A DNA stretch of 62,944 bases, counting the filler, from Sphacelaria rigidula (taxonomy: Eukaryota), in the NCBI GenBank assembly GCA_964200075.2. It is 10 parts of 10 records of this genome, joined end to end, with 100 filler letters (N's around TTAATTAATTAA, not from the genome) between each part and the next. Parts side by side here need not be neighbours in the genome. Positions count along the whole stretch, not along the records: positions 18,916 to 25,120 come from CAXNAA020021521.1; positions 25,221 to 31,424 come from CAXNAA020021522.1; positions 31,525 to 37,728 come from CAXNAA020021523.1; 7 more parts are not named here. One strand, written 5' to 3'. The notes under the pieces are model-generated. The model saw nothing but the letters and a program-made list of their open reading frames with translations, was not told the origin of the DNA and made no database searches. Shown piece after piece: positions 23,336 to 37,134 of this stretch. The translations under genes were made by a program, and so were the position numbers. The stretch's first letter is position 1; each line of letters starts with the position of its first letter.

Positions 23336-24544
23336 TTCGATCGTGGGGCCTCCTTGCTAGTTAAAATGCGGGCATCCCTGATTTGAAACGTACTTCCTGG
23401 GGTACGCGGCTATGTTACTTACTGCAAAAATGGGTTATGGTAGTTGCAACGTGGTAGCTTACAAACGCATCGAATTTGCACACAGAACACGCCTCTCAAA
23501 AGTACGCAGGTATGGCCTAGACCAGGTCTACCATATCATCACACAGGGTATGTTATACCCTTACCCTTGGCATGCCTCAGTCGTCAGTCGGCACAGACAG
23601 GTGATTTACTCCGTGATGGTACAGGGTAGACGCGACGCCGACGCTAACGAGTATTGATGGTGCATGGTACATGTTTCAATTACTGGCAAAACTAAAGTGC
23701 AAGGGGGGGTGACGCCATCTTCTGCCAAGTTGCCTGCGATGGACTACCGCAAGCCACTCCTTGCTTGCAGAAGTAGAGCTCGCACTGCCAAGCAGTCGTC
23801 TTTTCGTACGATCAAGCTTGTGTAACGAGACATTTGTGGCAGACCAATCCCGCCGTGTTACCTCTCCCTCCTCTGTGTTTGTGGACTTTTCTTGCGCCTG
23901 TGTACATGAGCGACGAGTGCATTTTCTGCTACTGATGAATAGCCTCTAGCGTAGACCAGGAGCAGATGTATCAAACTCACAAAAGATGAGACACCCCACG
24001 CACTCCGATGCACGCTTCACGCTTCACACCGCACACAACACTCAGATTGGGTGTCTATTGGAAACCCGAAAACTGATCGACCGAACTTACATCGTCTGGG
24101 AGCAGCACAGATTCCTGCTTCCGTCGTTTGGATCCGGCCGCCACGAGTTTGGATTCACTGGCCCCCATGTACTATACGCGCATCCACGCGATGTCAACTT
24201 CCAATTGTGGGTTGCTCGGCGGCTTGCTCGGCTCACAGCGACGATACACACACATCAATCGGCCCATCAATCTGCAGGATATGGATGTGACATGATTTCT
24301 TGTTTTTGGTATGTTCTTAACATTATGCGGGTGCCACGTCCCGTTAGTGATAAGTGATGCCGCGATAGCGCCCCCCACAAACCAGCCCACAAACTGCCAC
24401 GAGGAACATGGCCATACAGCACATGATAGCTGGTTTCAGACAGGATGAAGCGCCTCATATGGGCGGTACAGACGAAAACGATCGCAAGCGTGGGAATTCC
24501 CCGCTACTCGGTATGCTCAGCTGTTGTCATTTTGACTTCCATGT

Positions 24545-24919
24545 GCGCGTGTGCGCTGTCGTCCCATCTTTTAGTATTCTGGACGCCGGTCTACACCTTT
24601 CGGTATATGTGGGCGCATCAACCGGGGTCACACAGGAGGGAAGTCAACACAGAAGATTTCAACAACTTGTTTTGTTTTTAGTTCTTCACCTTCTTTCTGC
24701 GGTGCTTGGCTATGTTTTTGATCGCGAGAGGGGTCCAGCAGCCCCTTTCCCTCGTCGACCGTTAGGTCGACTTTTGTGTACCCACTACACAGCAGTCGCT
24801 CTCCACTGTTGGGCATGGTGTGAGAAAAAATCCCAGGTCACTCTGAAATTTGAACCCACGACCCAACCATCGGAAGGTTTCGAGGCTACCAACTGAGCCA
24901 CCGGGGCGACCGGCTCTGC
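24545..24919 (-). mobile_element. Full-length tRNA-derived SINE inserted into an old MITE B copy (~24360-24990)
   Basis: A box TGGCTCAGTTGG, B box GGTTCAAAT, degenerate CA tail, and TSD TCCATGT at 24538-24544 and 24920-24926. Confidence 0.85.
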
Positions 24920-25399
24920 TCCATGTAGGTTTTATTATTGCATCCTGAAACCAGCCAATTTTGTAGGGGGGAGGGGGGAGGGGGAGGGGAGGGAGGGTGC
25001 TACAGTGTCCTCAGTCGCGCATAACTATCAAAGGACAGGCGATTTTCGAAAATGGGGTTGAAAAAAAATGAGGTTCAACTCAAAAGTCGTGCTTTCCCTG
25101 GCCTAAATTCATGACAAATGNNNNNNNNNNNNNNNNNNNNNNNNNNNNNNNNNNNNNNNNNNNNTTAATTAATTAANNNNNNNNNNNNNNNNNNNNNNNN
25201 NNNNNNNNNNNNNNNNNNNNCAGCGTCTAAATAAATGCTGTTGAGGGACTCCCCAGCTCTTCTGGCCTCAAGGTCTCAGTTGTCAGCCTTTACAACACCT
25301 TATCATTATCTTGGAGTGAAAACTCCGCAGCCCTGTACCATCTGGCCTGGGCTACACATCAAGAGAGGATGCCCTTGTCCCCTGGTCATCATCCAGGAT

Positions 25400-28300
25400 C
25401 CACTATATACTCAATCGTGTCGGCGTGATTTCGCCACACGTCAGAAGCTTGAATAGTCCTGTCCAGTTGAGGGATAGCTTAGTCTTCAAGACTGTCTCGT
25501 TGGCAGCTCTGTCAGCGCCTTGACGAATGGTTGACAAACTGTTGTAAACCTAGACCCAATCGCCAACCTTCCAAGTAGGTCGTTTGTGCATCAGATTGTA
25601 GAGAGCATTATTTGATCTTTCAAGGCGCGAGGCGTTTATGGCGTTTTGTTCACGCACGAAAGTGAAAGCTTTGCGCTGGCGTGCACGCGCCAGGTCATGG
25701 TAGGATATCTGATCCTGATCCAAGCCTTGGTGGCCATCGAAGGTGTGTGTCTCAAACACGGTGATAGGCAAACGCGGGTAGCGGCCGAGATGTAACTGGT
25801 TTGAAGAAAGACCGGTAGCAGCGTCGGCGGAGTTGTTATAAGACAATATGACATGTGAGAGATGGAGATCCCAATCGTTTTGCCGATCGTTGACTACCAT
25901 AGACAGCATCTGGGCCATGGTGTGGTTAACTCTTTCAGTACCACCGCTACCACTAGGGTGGTGAGCGCTCGTGGATATCTTTCGAATGCCCAGGAGCGTA
26001 TACAGTTCGTCCGAGAGATCGGAGCAAAATTGCTGACCATTGTCGGAGGGAAGCCGTCTCGGGCAACCATAGTGCTTGATATAGTCATGAACTAGGATAT
26101 TAGCTGTGCCCGCTGCTGTGAAGTCTCCAGCGGTGACTGCGTACATGGCTGCGTGACGGCTAAAGCGGTCGGTAAAGCGTAAGATGTAGGCGTTGCCACG
26201 GTCAGTGGGCGGTAAAGGACCAAAATAGTCGAAAGACCCGAGGTGACCAGGAGCGTTGGGAAGTGCCATCGAAATAACTGGCCAACGTATAGTCTGTCGT
26301 GAGGTTTTGCGTGCTTGACACTTGAAGCAACGCTGAATCCAGAAGCGGGTGGACACTTCCATACCTATCCACCAGTCGAAACGTTCGAGTAACGCTAATG
26401 TGCGCGTGATACGAAGGTGGCAAGACAGGTCAATGTGGCAGCCTTTCATTCCCCACGGTCGCATCAAAAATGGGCCATATATCCGAGTGGGTTCATTGTC
26501 GAGTAGGCGTGCATGGCGCCCAGTGGGCGCGGGTGAAGTTACACCCTGCTGGGGCGTAGGACGGCGGACAAGTAATTCGATTCCGCCATCAGTTGTGAAG
26601 ATAGTAGCTTTACGTGCGAGTTCGTACACCTCAGCGGCGTATGTGGTGGCAGTGTGCCAATCGGGGCCGGGATAGGAGCAGGGTACCCAGCACGGAAGTA
26701 CCGCATGGTTGCGCGGCATAATGGTTATGCTTGTTGTTCACGAGCCCAATTACGATGGGAGTAACTGGCGAGAAATTTGCGCAGTTGGCCTTCCGCCGGA
26801 GAGCCGGTCAGACATGGTGGCTCATAAAGCGGTGGAACAGGCGACGGGGGGGAATACCAACGTCGATGTGAACATTGGGAGCATCAGAAGGGGTGGGCAC
26901 TGACGGGACCGCGGCGAGCGCCGATGTCGCAGTAGTGCGCACCGGAGATTGCCCTCGGCACTTGTTGTGAGAACTGCGCGTGGCGGGGGTTGTCAAGGCT
27001 CGTGGTGTGGTGTTGCGGGGAGCCGGCGCTACGCTGCTCGTAGGGGCAGTAGGTGTTGTCGGTGACGGCGGAGCGCGGGGAGGGTTAGCGCGGGCGGCAG
27101 ACCGAGAGCGCGTGTTGTCGGAAATGAGATGGACAACTGGAGGGGGCGAAACTGCTATTTTGGCGCGAGGACCGATAGTACGGAAATCGGCGAAATCGGC
27201 GTCGGTGGGTTGTAGCCCATTCAAGACTGCATCATATGGTAGAGGGCGGGGGCCGCCCATGTGCATACCCGTCTCTAGGCAATGAAGGTCAAGGGTGTAA
27301 ATGGGCGTTGAGAAACGTCGGATAAGATACACGTCGGTTTCATCAGATTCAGTTGGTTGACAAGCGGGGCTGAAATCCACAGCCGTTGGAGGAAGGGGCA
27401 CGCGGGAGAGAAGGTCAGCATTCCCGTTGGTTTTGCCAGCGCGGTGTTTGACAGTAGATTGATAAGCTGTCAGGAACTCCAACCAGCGTTGCACACGCGG
27501 GTTATGTTCGCCAACTTTGGCTAGTTGTTCAAGTGCTCCGTGATCCGTGTAGATTTGGAAAGGCACATGGAACAAATATTCTCGAATGCCCTTTATGGCC
27601 CAAGTGATGACTCCGCCTTCCAGCTCCAGTGGACTCCAGCTGGCCTCGTTTGGAAGGGTGGCGCGACTGATGTAGAGGATGGGTCGAATAGAGCCATCGA
27701 GTTGAGGCTGATTCAGGACCGTGCCGAGCCCTTCTGTGCTCGCGTCTGTATGTAGTTGAAAGAGGCGAGAGCCGCCTTGTACGGCATCCCAGTCCGGGAA
27801 ACAAAGGACCGGTTTTTCGGTGAGCGTTTTCAGCAAGTCGCGCACGATAGCTTCCATACCTTTGGCGAAGACAAATGCCGCGCCTTTTTTTTGCAAGTCC
27901 GTAATGGGGCGAATCCGTTTGGACAGGTTAGGCAAAAAATTGCGATAGTAGGACAGTCCACCTAATAATGAGCGGAGCTGGGTAATGTTTGTGGGCATTG
28001 GCAAATCAGTCATTGCCCTGACTTTGTTGGTTTCGGGGTGTAGACCCGCCGGTGAAATTGAGTGTCCCAGAAAATCCAGTTCAGTCGCGCCAAGGCGAGC
28101 TTTGGATGGAGACAGTTTCAAATCATGTTTCCGCCGTCGAGAAAGAAACTCTCGTAAGGTGTGCATATGCGAAAGGGGGGAAACATCGAATGCGATAGCG
28201 TTGTCCAAGTACATGATGACGTGTTCGAGATTCTCGGTAACGCGTTGCATTAAGCGTTGAAAACAACCTGGTGCAGTGGCGGCACCTTATGGCATACGGA

Positions 28301-28600
28301 GCCATTCGTAGAGTCCAGAAGATGTACAGAACGCTGTCAGCGGGACTGTGTCAGGGTAGATGGCATTCTGGAAAAATCCAGAAGCGAGGTCGAAGGTACT
28401 GAATATTTTGCCTTCGCCTAGAGAGTTGAATACTTCATCTATGCGGGGAATGGGAATTTTTTCACTACAGGAACGCGATTTAGCCGTTGATAATTCACGG
28501 TGATGCGTATGTTTCCATCCTTTTTGGGGACTACCACTAGCAGTGAAGCCCACGGAGAAGAGGAGTGTGGATTAATCCGGCACCTAAGTACGTATCTACC
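25400..28600 (-). mobile_element. Degenerate Ty3/gypsy pol (RT, RNase H, integrase)
   Basis: SPWAS..VPKKDGNIRITVNY, PIPRIDE, FDLASGFFQ, YEWLRMP, YLDN (catalytic DD altered), LHTDAS, IYTDH, H..H..C..C zinc finger, FDYFGP, SDNG and GTERVN. Contains stops and frameshifts. Confidence 0.95.
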
Positions 28601-30059
28601 CTACCGTCGACGCCAATTGTCATAAAGAGAGAGTAGCTAATACACTGGCTGGCGTCTCTCAGTATGAGTGCCAGGAAATACCATGGTGCCAACCCACCAA
28701 GCTCCCACGTGGTCAACTTCATACAAACCTAGCTATCCATCCTTGACTACCACAGAGTAGGTTCATCCATGTTCAGACTCTTGATGAGGAACTCACGTGT
28801 TTGCTTAGCATCATGTTTTATCTACAAGCCTCTCTTACTCAGCATAGCCGGGGCGCAGCCATAGGAGCGGAGCGTAGTGATGGCTCAGGGCAGAGACCAA
28901 GGCAAGCCGGTAACTGATGAGATGGGGTAACGCGGCCTGCCGCCGCGGCTGAACAACCCTAACTAATGACAGTATCAAGCGCAGTAACAACGCGTCAAGG
29001 AATCCAGTGTCTACGAGCAAATCCGCACAGCGTATATCTTGCAACGTCTCTGAGCTTCATCACAAACTGCAAATATTTCCCATGTCGTTGACAGATCCTG
29101 ACACGAGTGTCATATATAATATGAGAGAGCAATTGAATAGTAGCATGGCCAGACAAATGTGCTCTTTGTGGCGCCGACAACAGCCGGGTGTTATTACTTC
29201 GACGGTTTTCGGTGTAGACAATCATGGCTGACAAGTTCGACAAGTTTAGTGCATTGCTGTGGGCAATGTGCATGCACAGGCAAAGGGACAATACACATGA
29301 GTAACAGTCATGTAACTCGTATGTATTGAAGGGTATGGTTTGACTAATACTGATTGGTTGTCAAGACTCAACCTCGTCCCAACATACCCGGCAATACTAT
29401 ACGACTCCTGTGCTCTCAGGGAGAAAAGATACATAACTCTTGGGAACAAATCTCACCTGGTGATAATCGTTTGACTATCAACCCCCCTTGCACCTCTCGG
29501 TGAATCAGTATATCCTTCTTGTAGATGGTGCCAGTACCTTGCGTATCTAAGTGATACGGTTTGCTGAGTGGTAGAGTTCGGTGGAACAGGACATTTTACC
29601 ACCCCTCATTCACTTTGAGGTGACTCAACATCTATCTTGTGGGCATTGCTAGTGCCCTGCGTATGTACAGTATACGAGATGTTGAATCTGGCGGCACCTT
29701 GGGCTATAATCCTCTGAAAATTTTAACGTTACACGTGCTGTCGATGTTAACGAATATCGTGACATGTACATCGTCCAGAAAACTTTTACTGGCGACAGCT
29801 CAGCGCGTGCGCGGTACTTCGCACTACAAAAGCCATGTGGGTTTGATTACCGAGACAGTATATATACATATATATGTGACAAATTATTGTGGTACATTTA
29901 GTTTTGGGCTGGCATCAGTGGTTGCTGAACTGATGCAGACAGACAGTGCATGCAATATTTTGCAAATACCGGTGTGCGCGGACAGTCCCTCGACTAAGCT
30001 ATTTGACAACGGCAGAATCTTCACGAGAGTTTCACCGTGGGGGATCAAACGCTGTCGGA

Positions 30060-31325
30060 TCCTTCGACGAAAATGCAGTGCGGTAGGGTTTTATCATCTC
30101 ATGACATTGGGGAATGGTACGGTAGTGACGCAATATTCTCCGTTGAGGAGGTCAATCCTTGACTTTGGGGTGGCACTGGAACTTATCCGGTGAACCGGCT
30201 CCTACCTCCAGTTTATGACCATCGATATACTCCACGACACAGGGTCCCACCAAAACCTTGTGCCCTAAACCATCAAGGTCTGGGACGGGAAAAGTCGTTC
30301 CTAGGAACAGAAAATCTAGCGCTTCAAGGTTGGGGGCAGGTGATGACGTTGGGACGTTGTATTTTTTTATGCGACCTAGATGGACATTGATTTCTGCCGG
30401 ATCACCTGCTTTACTGACTCGGTAGGTGACCGGTGATAATTGCGCTCGAACAGAATACAGACCATGACATGGGCTGTACAGCTTGGGGTTGGGCCCATCA
30501 GTTTCATGCTACGGACGATGGATCAACACTTGATCACCTGCTTTGCAACTGGGGAACGACAGTTTCTCAGTCTCAACCGCTTGCTTATCTCCTCGCTCTT
30601 CAAAATTGCGAGCTAACTCTCAGGCGGATTGCAAAGCATGGACTGTTTGACGGGAGTAATCAAGACGGGATTGTGGTGCGATTATGGCTGGGACTCCGAG
30701 AATAAGATCGACAGGAAGTACGGCTGCGCGGCCAAACATCAAATAGTGAGGTGTTTCCTCAAGCGTTGACGAATACGATGTATTATGCGCTAATTGGACA
30801 AAAGGTAGAAACTCGGCCCAGTTATCACATGCAAGATTGTTGCATATGGCCAACATGTTGTGGACAGTGATGTGGACACGCTCTGAGACAGAATTTCCTT
30901 GCGGGTGGTACGCAGCGGTACGTGTTTTCTTCTGCCCAAAGACTGACTGGAATTCCCTCACTAACGGGTTTGCAAACTCAGTTCCTTGGTTAGAGTGCAG
31001 TGTCTCAGGTGGTCCGGATACTGAAAAGACACGTTCCCGACAAGTTCCCGGACGACACTTGTATAGCTTATTTGTTCTTGATGGCTATCAAGACAACAAA
31101 TCTAGTGAGGTGATCAATCACAGACAGGACGAAGCGGTTACCTTCGGACATAGTTTTATACTCCACTAGATCTACTGTTACGCATAGGAATGAGCGTTCG
31201 ATAGGACGGTGCCCGACAGGGAAAGTGGGCGGGTGATAAGAGGTTTTCCGATGCTGACAGGATACATAGCTATTGACATGATGTTGCACATCGGTATGCA
31301 TTGTGGGCCACCAGTGAGTCATGCT
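30060..31325 (-). mobile_element. Second degenerate Ty3/gypsy element: integrase, GPY/F region and probable chromodomain
   Basis: WWPTM, VDLVEY, VIDHLTRF, SNQGTEF, AYHPQGNSVSER and TPHYLMFGR. Near 30245-30080 it reads VVEYIDGHK...FQCHPKVKD*...IPQCHEMIKPY. Confidence 0.88.
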
Positions 31326-31330
31326 ACGAT

Positions 31331-31424
31331 GGGGGGGGGGGGGGGGGGTACCCATGATCCTGCATGCCATTGTTCTCAGACCATTAACCTCGCATCCCTA
31401 AAAAGCCGGGACGGGCCACGCCGG
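31331..31424 (-). mobile_element. 3' end of poly(C)-tailed LINE family 2
   Basis: Minus strand ...GGATCATGGGTAC followed by a long C-run; similar to 32558-32660. Confidence 0.7.
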
Positions 31425-31562
31425 NNNNNNNNNNNNNNNNNNNNNNNNNNNNNNNNNNNNNNNNNNNNTTAATTAATTAANNNNNNNNNNNNNNNNNNNN
31501 NNNNNNNNNNNNNNNNNNNNNNNNCGCTCTCGAGGCTGCGGCGTGATGCGCTTGGGTGCGTG

Positions 31563-31845
31563 TGGGGGGGGGGGGGGGTGGGGGGCTTACTTATTTGTTG
31601 CTTGCCTTAGTCGTTTGACCATTGACCATGCATTCCTTCAGAGACGGAGCCCCGTTCCTACTCCCAATAGACACATCTCCAGTATTTGGGCACTGATTAC
31701 ATTTCTTCCATACATTACACAAACACATTTTACATATCTTATCCCCGTCCTGTTTCGCCGTCTTTGGTCGCCATTTATCTTGTAGCATAGCCATCGCTTT
31801 CTCCATACTATCTAATGCATCAAACGATTCCATGCCACCCTCGTT
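31563..31845 (-). mobile_element. 5'-truncated LINE family 1 copy
   Basis: ORF 31591-31833 MESFDALDS...VWKKCNQCPNTGDVSIGSRNGAPSLKECMVNGQTTKASNK*, followed by C-runs. Confidence 0.8.
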
Positions 31846-31861
31846 TATTTAGTTAACACAG

Positions 31862-34800
31862 GCGGGGGGGGGGAGGGGGGATCTTTTTAGGGCGCTGGCT
31901 ATGAATCGAGCGGTGACTTCGTTGGATCTCGCGGCGAATGAGCTCGACGAGTACGCCGGGCACGAGTTGGCCTATGCTTTACTCAAAAGCAAGACGTGAG
32001 TTCTTAGCGAGATGATGTGCTGTGCTGAGCGAAAAATGGGGGACCGAAAATCCTCGGGTGATTCGGGCCCTAGGCTAAATCGGTTTGGGTACTGGGTGTA
32101 TTGTGCACTACTATGAGGTACGTCGCGTTATAGTAGACGAGTGTTCAAACACTTTACCGAAGCGGGTGCGGAAACGTCAACACGATGTGTTGGCGCCCGA
32201 CAGGCACGGAGATACTGGTGTGTTGTACAGTCTATGCGGTCTTCCGCAACCGGTAGCGCGTCTGGTACCACCTGTGGTCGGTCGTGTGTTGTGTCTTCCT
32301 CACTCTAGGAGGTTTCGTAGATTTGGCGGGTAAATGACTATACGAAACCCACAGTATACGGGTTGACCGTTGTGATGGACGCTGGAGCGACTGTGCGATG
32401 TTACCCACATCTTGCTCGCCCCAGTTTTCTCTAGCTCCCAAGGATGGTTGGCACATCCTTGAAATAACCCTAACTCTAACCCTAGCCCTAACCCTAACCC
32501 TGACCCTGACCCCAACTCAAGGCATACCGAGAACCCTCGGGCGAGGGGGGGCTGCGCGGGGGGGGTGTACTCATGATCTTGAATGCCGTAGTCATATAGC
32601 CATCGACCTCGCCTCCCTACCAAGCCGGGACGGACCACGACGGATTTTCGCCGGACCAGGGGAGCGAGGGCGTGTGGAAAGGGTGCCCCGGTTAAAGTGT
32701 GCGTTGGGAGACCTCAAATCGGCGCCCCGGGGCGCCGATTTGAACAAAAACGTGCTCTGTGCACGCTAGGAGCACTTGGGACTGTCAGTCCTACTAAAGA
32801 TCCGAATATTGATTTCACACTTGAATACTACTTTGCGGCTGGACCGGGGTAATCTCCACTGTATCTTCTCGGCCGATCCCTCTAGAAAATAAAGTGCTGA
32901 TTCTTGCTTTTGTGAATCTTTGTGAATCGGCATCATTTTGACTCGAAAATGACTGAAAATGCGATTCACAAAAACAAAAAATCAGCACTCCCTGAGGCTC
33001 TAGTCCCCAAAAAGGTTAATACTTATACGAACAGGTTTTGGTGCTTCGATGCATTTATGTATCAACATTCTTATACTCGATTGCTGCAATCCGGATCGCA
33101 TCACTTGCGCTTGTTTTTCGGGCGGCAGAATTTTGGCTATTGATCTCACCGGCAACGTCATACCGGAGCAGTGGCTTCGCGAGCACCATCGAGTGAGGAA
33201 ACGGCGACACTGAAAAATGCAACGCATAAGAGTATCCTTGTTTATGTAGTGTAGGGGGGTTTGCGCTCAGTGTAGTATCTTGCGTACTGGCGCACGAGGA
33301 AAATTATCCTGCAATGTCGCCTAAAATTACGTCGTTCGGGGACGCTAACTGGGCAAAATATCATGTCATGGTATTTAGAGGCAACGATTTGGGTGAGGCA
33401 TCGTATATAACTGTTCCTCATGAGTAGTTTCATCGGACGGGTACTACATGTACAGAGGCGGGTTTTGGATATTGCTTGTGGTTAATTCAGTTTGCTTATA
33501 GGGTACCAGTTCCGTGTGAGAGTTGGATAGCAAAGCTTCTGAGTTATGCATGCTCGACAGGTGATGGTACGGTTTCACGGAGGTGCTCGGTGGACTATAG
33601 GCCAATCTACCGGCCAGGGGTTACACCAGACTTTCAAAGATTTTCCTGTTTTGGGAATATTATCGTTCATGTTTTAGTTCCATTTTCGGGTTCTAGGTGT
33701 TGTAGATGACAACATGTGTGATGCGTGTATTTCTAAGATGGGTTGAGGCACACGCTCTCACTCATCACCACTCTGGTTTTGGACCTAAGCATCGACCTTT
33801 GGACAAATTTTCTTGCTCCCATGGGTTAGCCGAGTCCGTACTGGTGAGACTTGGGTGTGAATGAAGTCTTGCTCGTTTGCATTGTATAATGTAAATGACT
33901 TATACCATTGCCTGAGATAAAAAATTTAGGCTCTGTATGCGTGCATTGTGAGGCTCGTTTTGGAGAACGAACAACACGACGCAAGCCGCTGCTTTTGTGT
34001 GTGAAGAGGACTTGAATATCGAGGGACTCGTGAGCCTCATCTTGTGGGCAAAACCTCTTCTTTCCATCACAATCACCGTTTTCTCTTTTCACCACCTTCA
34101 TTCGGAAAAATCCATCGACTTATGTGTTTCTAAAGGTAGTGCAAAGAGCTGCGGGGAAATTAATTGATTGATTGATCACCACACATTAAAGTAAGCCCTC
34201 TAGGGGGTACAACCGACTTCACAAGATAGACGCTAAACAGGCGTGATAGCTGTGATCGCTGGTTGTACACGCTGCAAAAAGGCAAACATTAGTCTACAAG
34301 AGGTTTGGGCAACCTACCTGTATGTGCATCGAACCCCCCTTCTCCTCCCCCTCTGCTTTTCCCTCCGGCGGCGTGCTTGCCTCTTCTGCCCAGATCTGCA
34401 GCGAGGTGTACGGAGTTCTACCGTCTCTCGCAGAGAGCCTCAGGCTAAACCGCGACTGGAAATCCTGCGCCTCGTTCATGTCGCCTCGCTCGGTCAGGCG
34501 AGAAAAGACAAAGGTCAGGGAACAACGGGCACTCGAGCGGCGAGCACGGCTGCGGCGGCGCCGAGGCCAAGGCCTTGTGATTCGCAAAACAGCAACCGCG
34601 AGCGGAGGGGGGCGTGACGGGATACGGCGCGGTCATCACGCGGAGAAATCGGGCGAGGCACGTGGAGAAATGAAAGAAAATGCTGACGGTGGTGACCCGG
34701 GAAATGGCGGTGAAAAAGTGTCGGTGGGTCTAGGGGAGAATATTGTGGGAGCGGTGGCCGGAGAGCCGGTGAAGAGTAATCGACACGGTGGAGTTGAAGA

Positions 34801-35563
34801 TAGAGGCGATAACTTCGTCGGGCTTGCAACTGTCAAGAATGATAGCACGGTTGTGGTTGCCTTCTCAGACGAGAGTCGAGGGGATGAGAGAGAGGGTGCG
34901 GTAAAGGGAGTGCCAGACAGAAGGAGGAGGCACCACAAGAAGCTCGCGGATGGTGCGGGTGGGGGTGGCGTCAGTGGTAATGGTGGTGGTGGTCCAAGTG
35001 ATGGTCATTTGTCGGTTGTGCTCCCAGCTTCGGACCCGGCTGAAAGTCTTCCCCCGTCTGTTGTCGGTGGCGGCGCCGATGCTGTTAAGAACCAACGAGC
35101 GATGGAGATGCCTGACGTTACACACCAGCGGCGGCCACTTACGTGTGTGAATAGCGGGGGCAAGCCAAACAAGGCTACGAGGAAAAGGCGAGGGGAAGAT
35201 ACCGCACACGAGTCGTCGCAGTCCAAGGAGCCAAGTGTGAAACAAGCGATCAACAAGAAGAGTAAACCGGTGAGACACCGACACAATGGTCAGCGCAGAA
35301 CTTGAACCGCGGGAGGATTGAACGCTGGTCTACCTACAGTGGTTATTTACTATTATTCCTCATCAATCAGTCCACCTCACGAATTGTCCGAGATACTTCG
35401 AGAGACCCGCACCTTGTCGTCTCTGAGAACCGTTCGGTGGTCTCCGATCTGTCGTCGTGTAGCACGTTCACGCCGAAAGAGTGCGCAGGTTTTGTGTCCA
35501 GAGTATCTCAATGACAGCACACACATAAACACAAACACAAACACGAACATGCGCATACACACA

Positions 35564-35629
<66 letters not shown>

Positions 35630-37134
35630 TTCCCATTCTGCAGAATTCTCACGACGACGCATCTCAATGTTCCTCTGTGTTGAGCCGCTCATCCATCGCG
35701 GCATCGGTTGGCGGACTTGCCCGCCTTCCGGGGGTTTGGACACGAAGAGGCGTTTGGGTGGCAGAATCTGTCTTGAGTGACGCCGCCGTGCGTCGTGCGA
35801 GGGAGGAAAGGAAAAGGATCGGTGATCGCCAAAGGCAGCGGCAGGAAAACGAGGTACGCGGGGAGGGGTTATTTGAACCGAAAAACACTGTATAAAGAAC
35901 CGTTCACGTTGCGCACTGGTTAAGCTAAGCTATGACCCCTCTTGGCTAGCGAAAAAACGTTACGCTGTCCCTGCGCGCCGTGTCTACTGTTTTATCCTGA
36001 AAGGAATACACCCTCTCGGAACATTGTTTCCGAGAGAGTAAGGCACAACGGCCGGATCACATCGTTTGTACCCATGGCGAAATATCCGTACTTTCAGAGA
36101 GAGAGACAACAACGGAAATGTACACTTGATGCCCCGGGTTAACGTCCACGATAACCGTCTGTAATGTGCGAGGGACTATCGTAAGACTTCAAGGCTCTCC
36201 GCTTCCGACTGCTTGCAGCATAGTACGGCCTACGCTTTGTGGGTGATTCATACACCGATTCGCTTTAACCCGTATCTCCCTACTGTTCACGGCGGACTCC
36301 CGGTGTTCTAACTTCTCCAACCACCTGCCACCAGGCAGTGGAGCGCGCCGGCCTTGCAAAGCGCGAGGCACTGACGGAGTTTTTACAGACGCCTGAGGGG
36401 AAAACCTTGGCCTATAAGGTGTCGAAGCTCTTGTTGCATGCTCGAAGAGAGGAGGTAAGGGTCGCGGTTCGGGGTGCTGGAAAAAACGCGCTTCTCGACG
36501 ATACAAAATAATCTAGATGCTTCTGAAGAGACCGCACGACCTCCCCCAGTCCAGGCACGCCTGTTTTCAGAGCGACTGGCTTCTTTTGTCTGCTAGCATC
36601 GTTCGTTGTACATTCTCTGTAGAGCCAACGCCTTTCCACACGCAAACTCGACAAGAAGGTAAACTTTCGTATCGTAAAGATTGACACCCGGTCGTTTGCC
36701 TGGGACACCTCCCGCGCCGAGCTGCTTTATATGTTTCATGCTGCATCCCATTTGGCGGTGTGCGACTCGTAGGAGCTTCCGACACATTTGTACCGCACCA
36801 CCGTTACATTTTTGCCATCGACTTATTGTCTTCCGACACGCCCGCGTTACACTCCCTGTCAAGATGACATTGCATGCGCACCGCACTGTACACCAATTGC
36901 CGCAGAAAAGAGAGCAGCAGATGGCTGAGCGTGCACTACGCGCGGAGCTCCAGCCCCCCCTGAAGCAAAAGCTCCGTCTCTTGAAATCCCATGGCTTGAT
37001 GACCGCCGACGTCAACGCTGACAGCAATCTAAAACCTGCGGGAGGCAAGGGCTCGCGCGGGGCAGCCAGCCTGTGGGCATTGTTCACGACGCGGGGAGAA
37101 AAAGCGAGACCAGATACGAACACCAAGAGCGCCG
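31862..37134 (+). CDS. Leucine-rich-repeat (RI-like) protein with long low-complexity region; internal exons 31862-31995, 33129-33192, 34394-35269, 35644-35853, 36906-37134; partial
   Basis: All exons have AG/GT borders with compatible phases. The first two encode [50 protein letters not shown] (LxLxxNxL repeats). Later exons are disordered or coiled-coil-like. Confidence 0.7.
32465..32810. repeat. Interspersed repeat starting with telomere-like CCCTAA array (homologue 52408-52605), interrupted by a LINE family 2 end at 32558-32660
   Basis: Shared CATACCG.GAACCCTCGGGC, AAGTGTGCGTTGG, GCACGCTAGGA and AAGATCCG. The insert is flanked by GCGAGGG at 32541-32547 and 32664-32670. Confidence 0.7.
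35567..35626. repeat. (CA)n microsatellite, intronic
   Basis: Direct reading; it lies just upstream of the acceptor at 35643. Confidence 0.95.

Noticed and set aside
23740..23930. piggyBac-type Cys-rich C-terminus on the minus strand (CHKC...TAWQCELYFC)
   Set aside because: Only a short motif with an internal stop and no recognisable transposase core; too weak to call.
28600..30000. Cargo gene between the two gypsy relics
   Set aside because: Only short ORFs without motifs or convincing splice structure; probably UTR or LTR sequence, boundaries not resolved.
35318..35743. ORFs with CV/TH/YI dipeptide runs (also 45456-45984, 47342-47780, 1463-1667)
   Set aside because: Translations of microsatellites.
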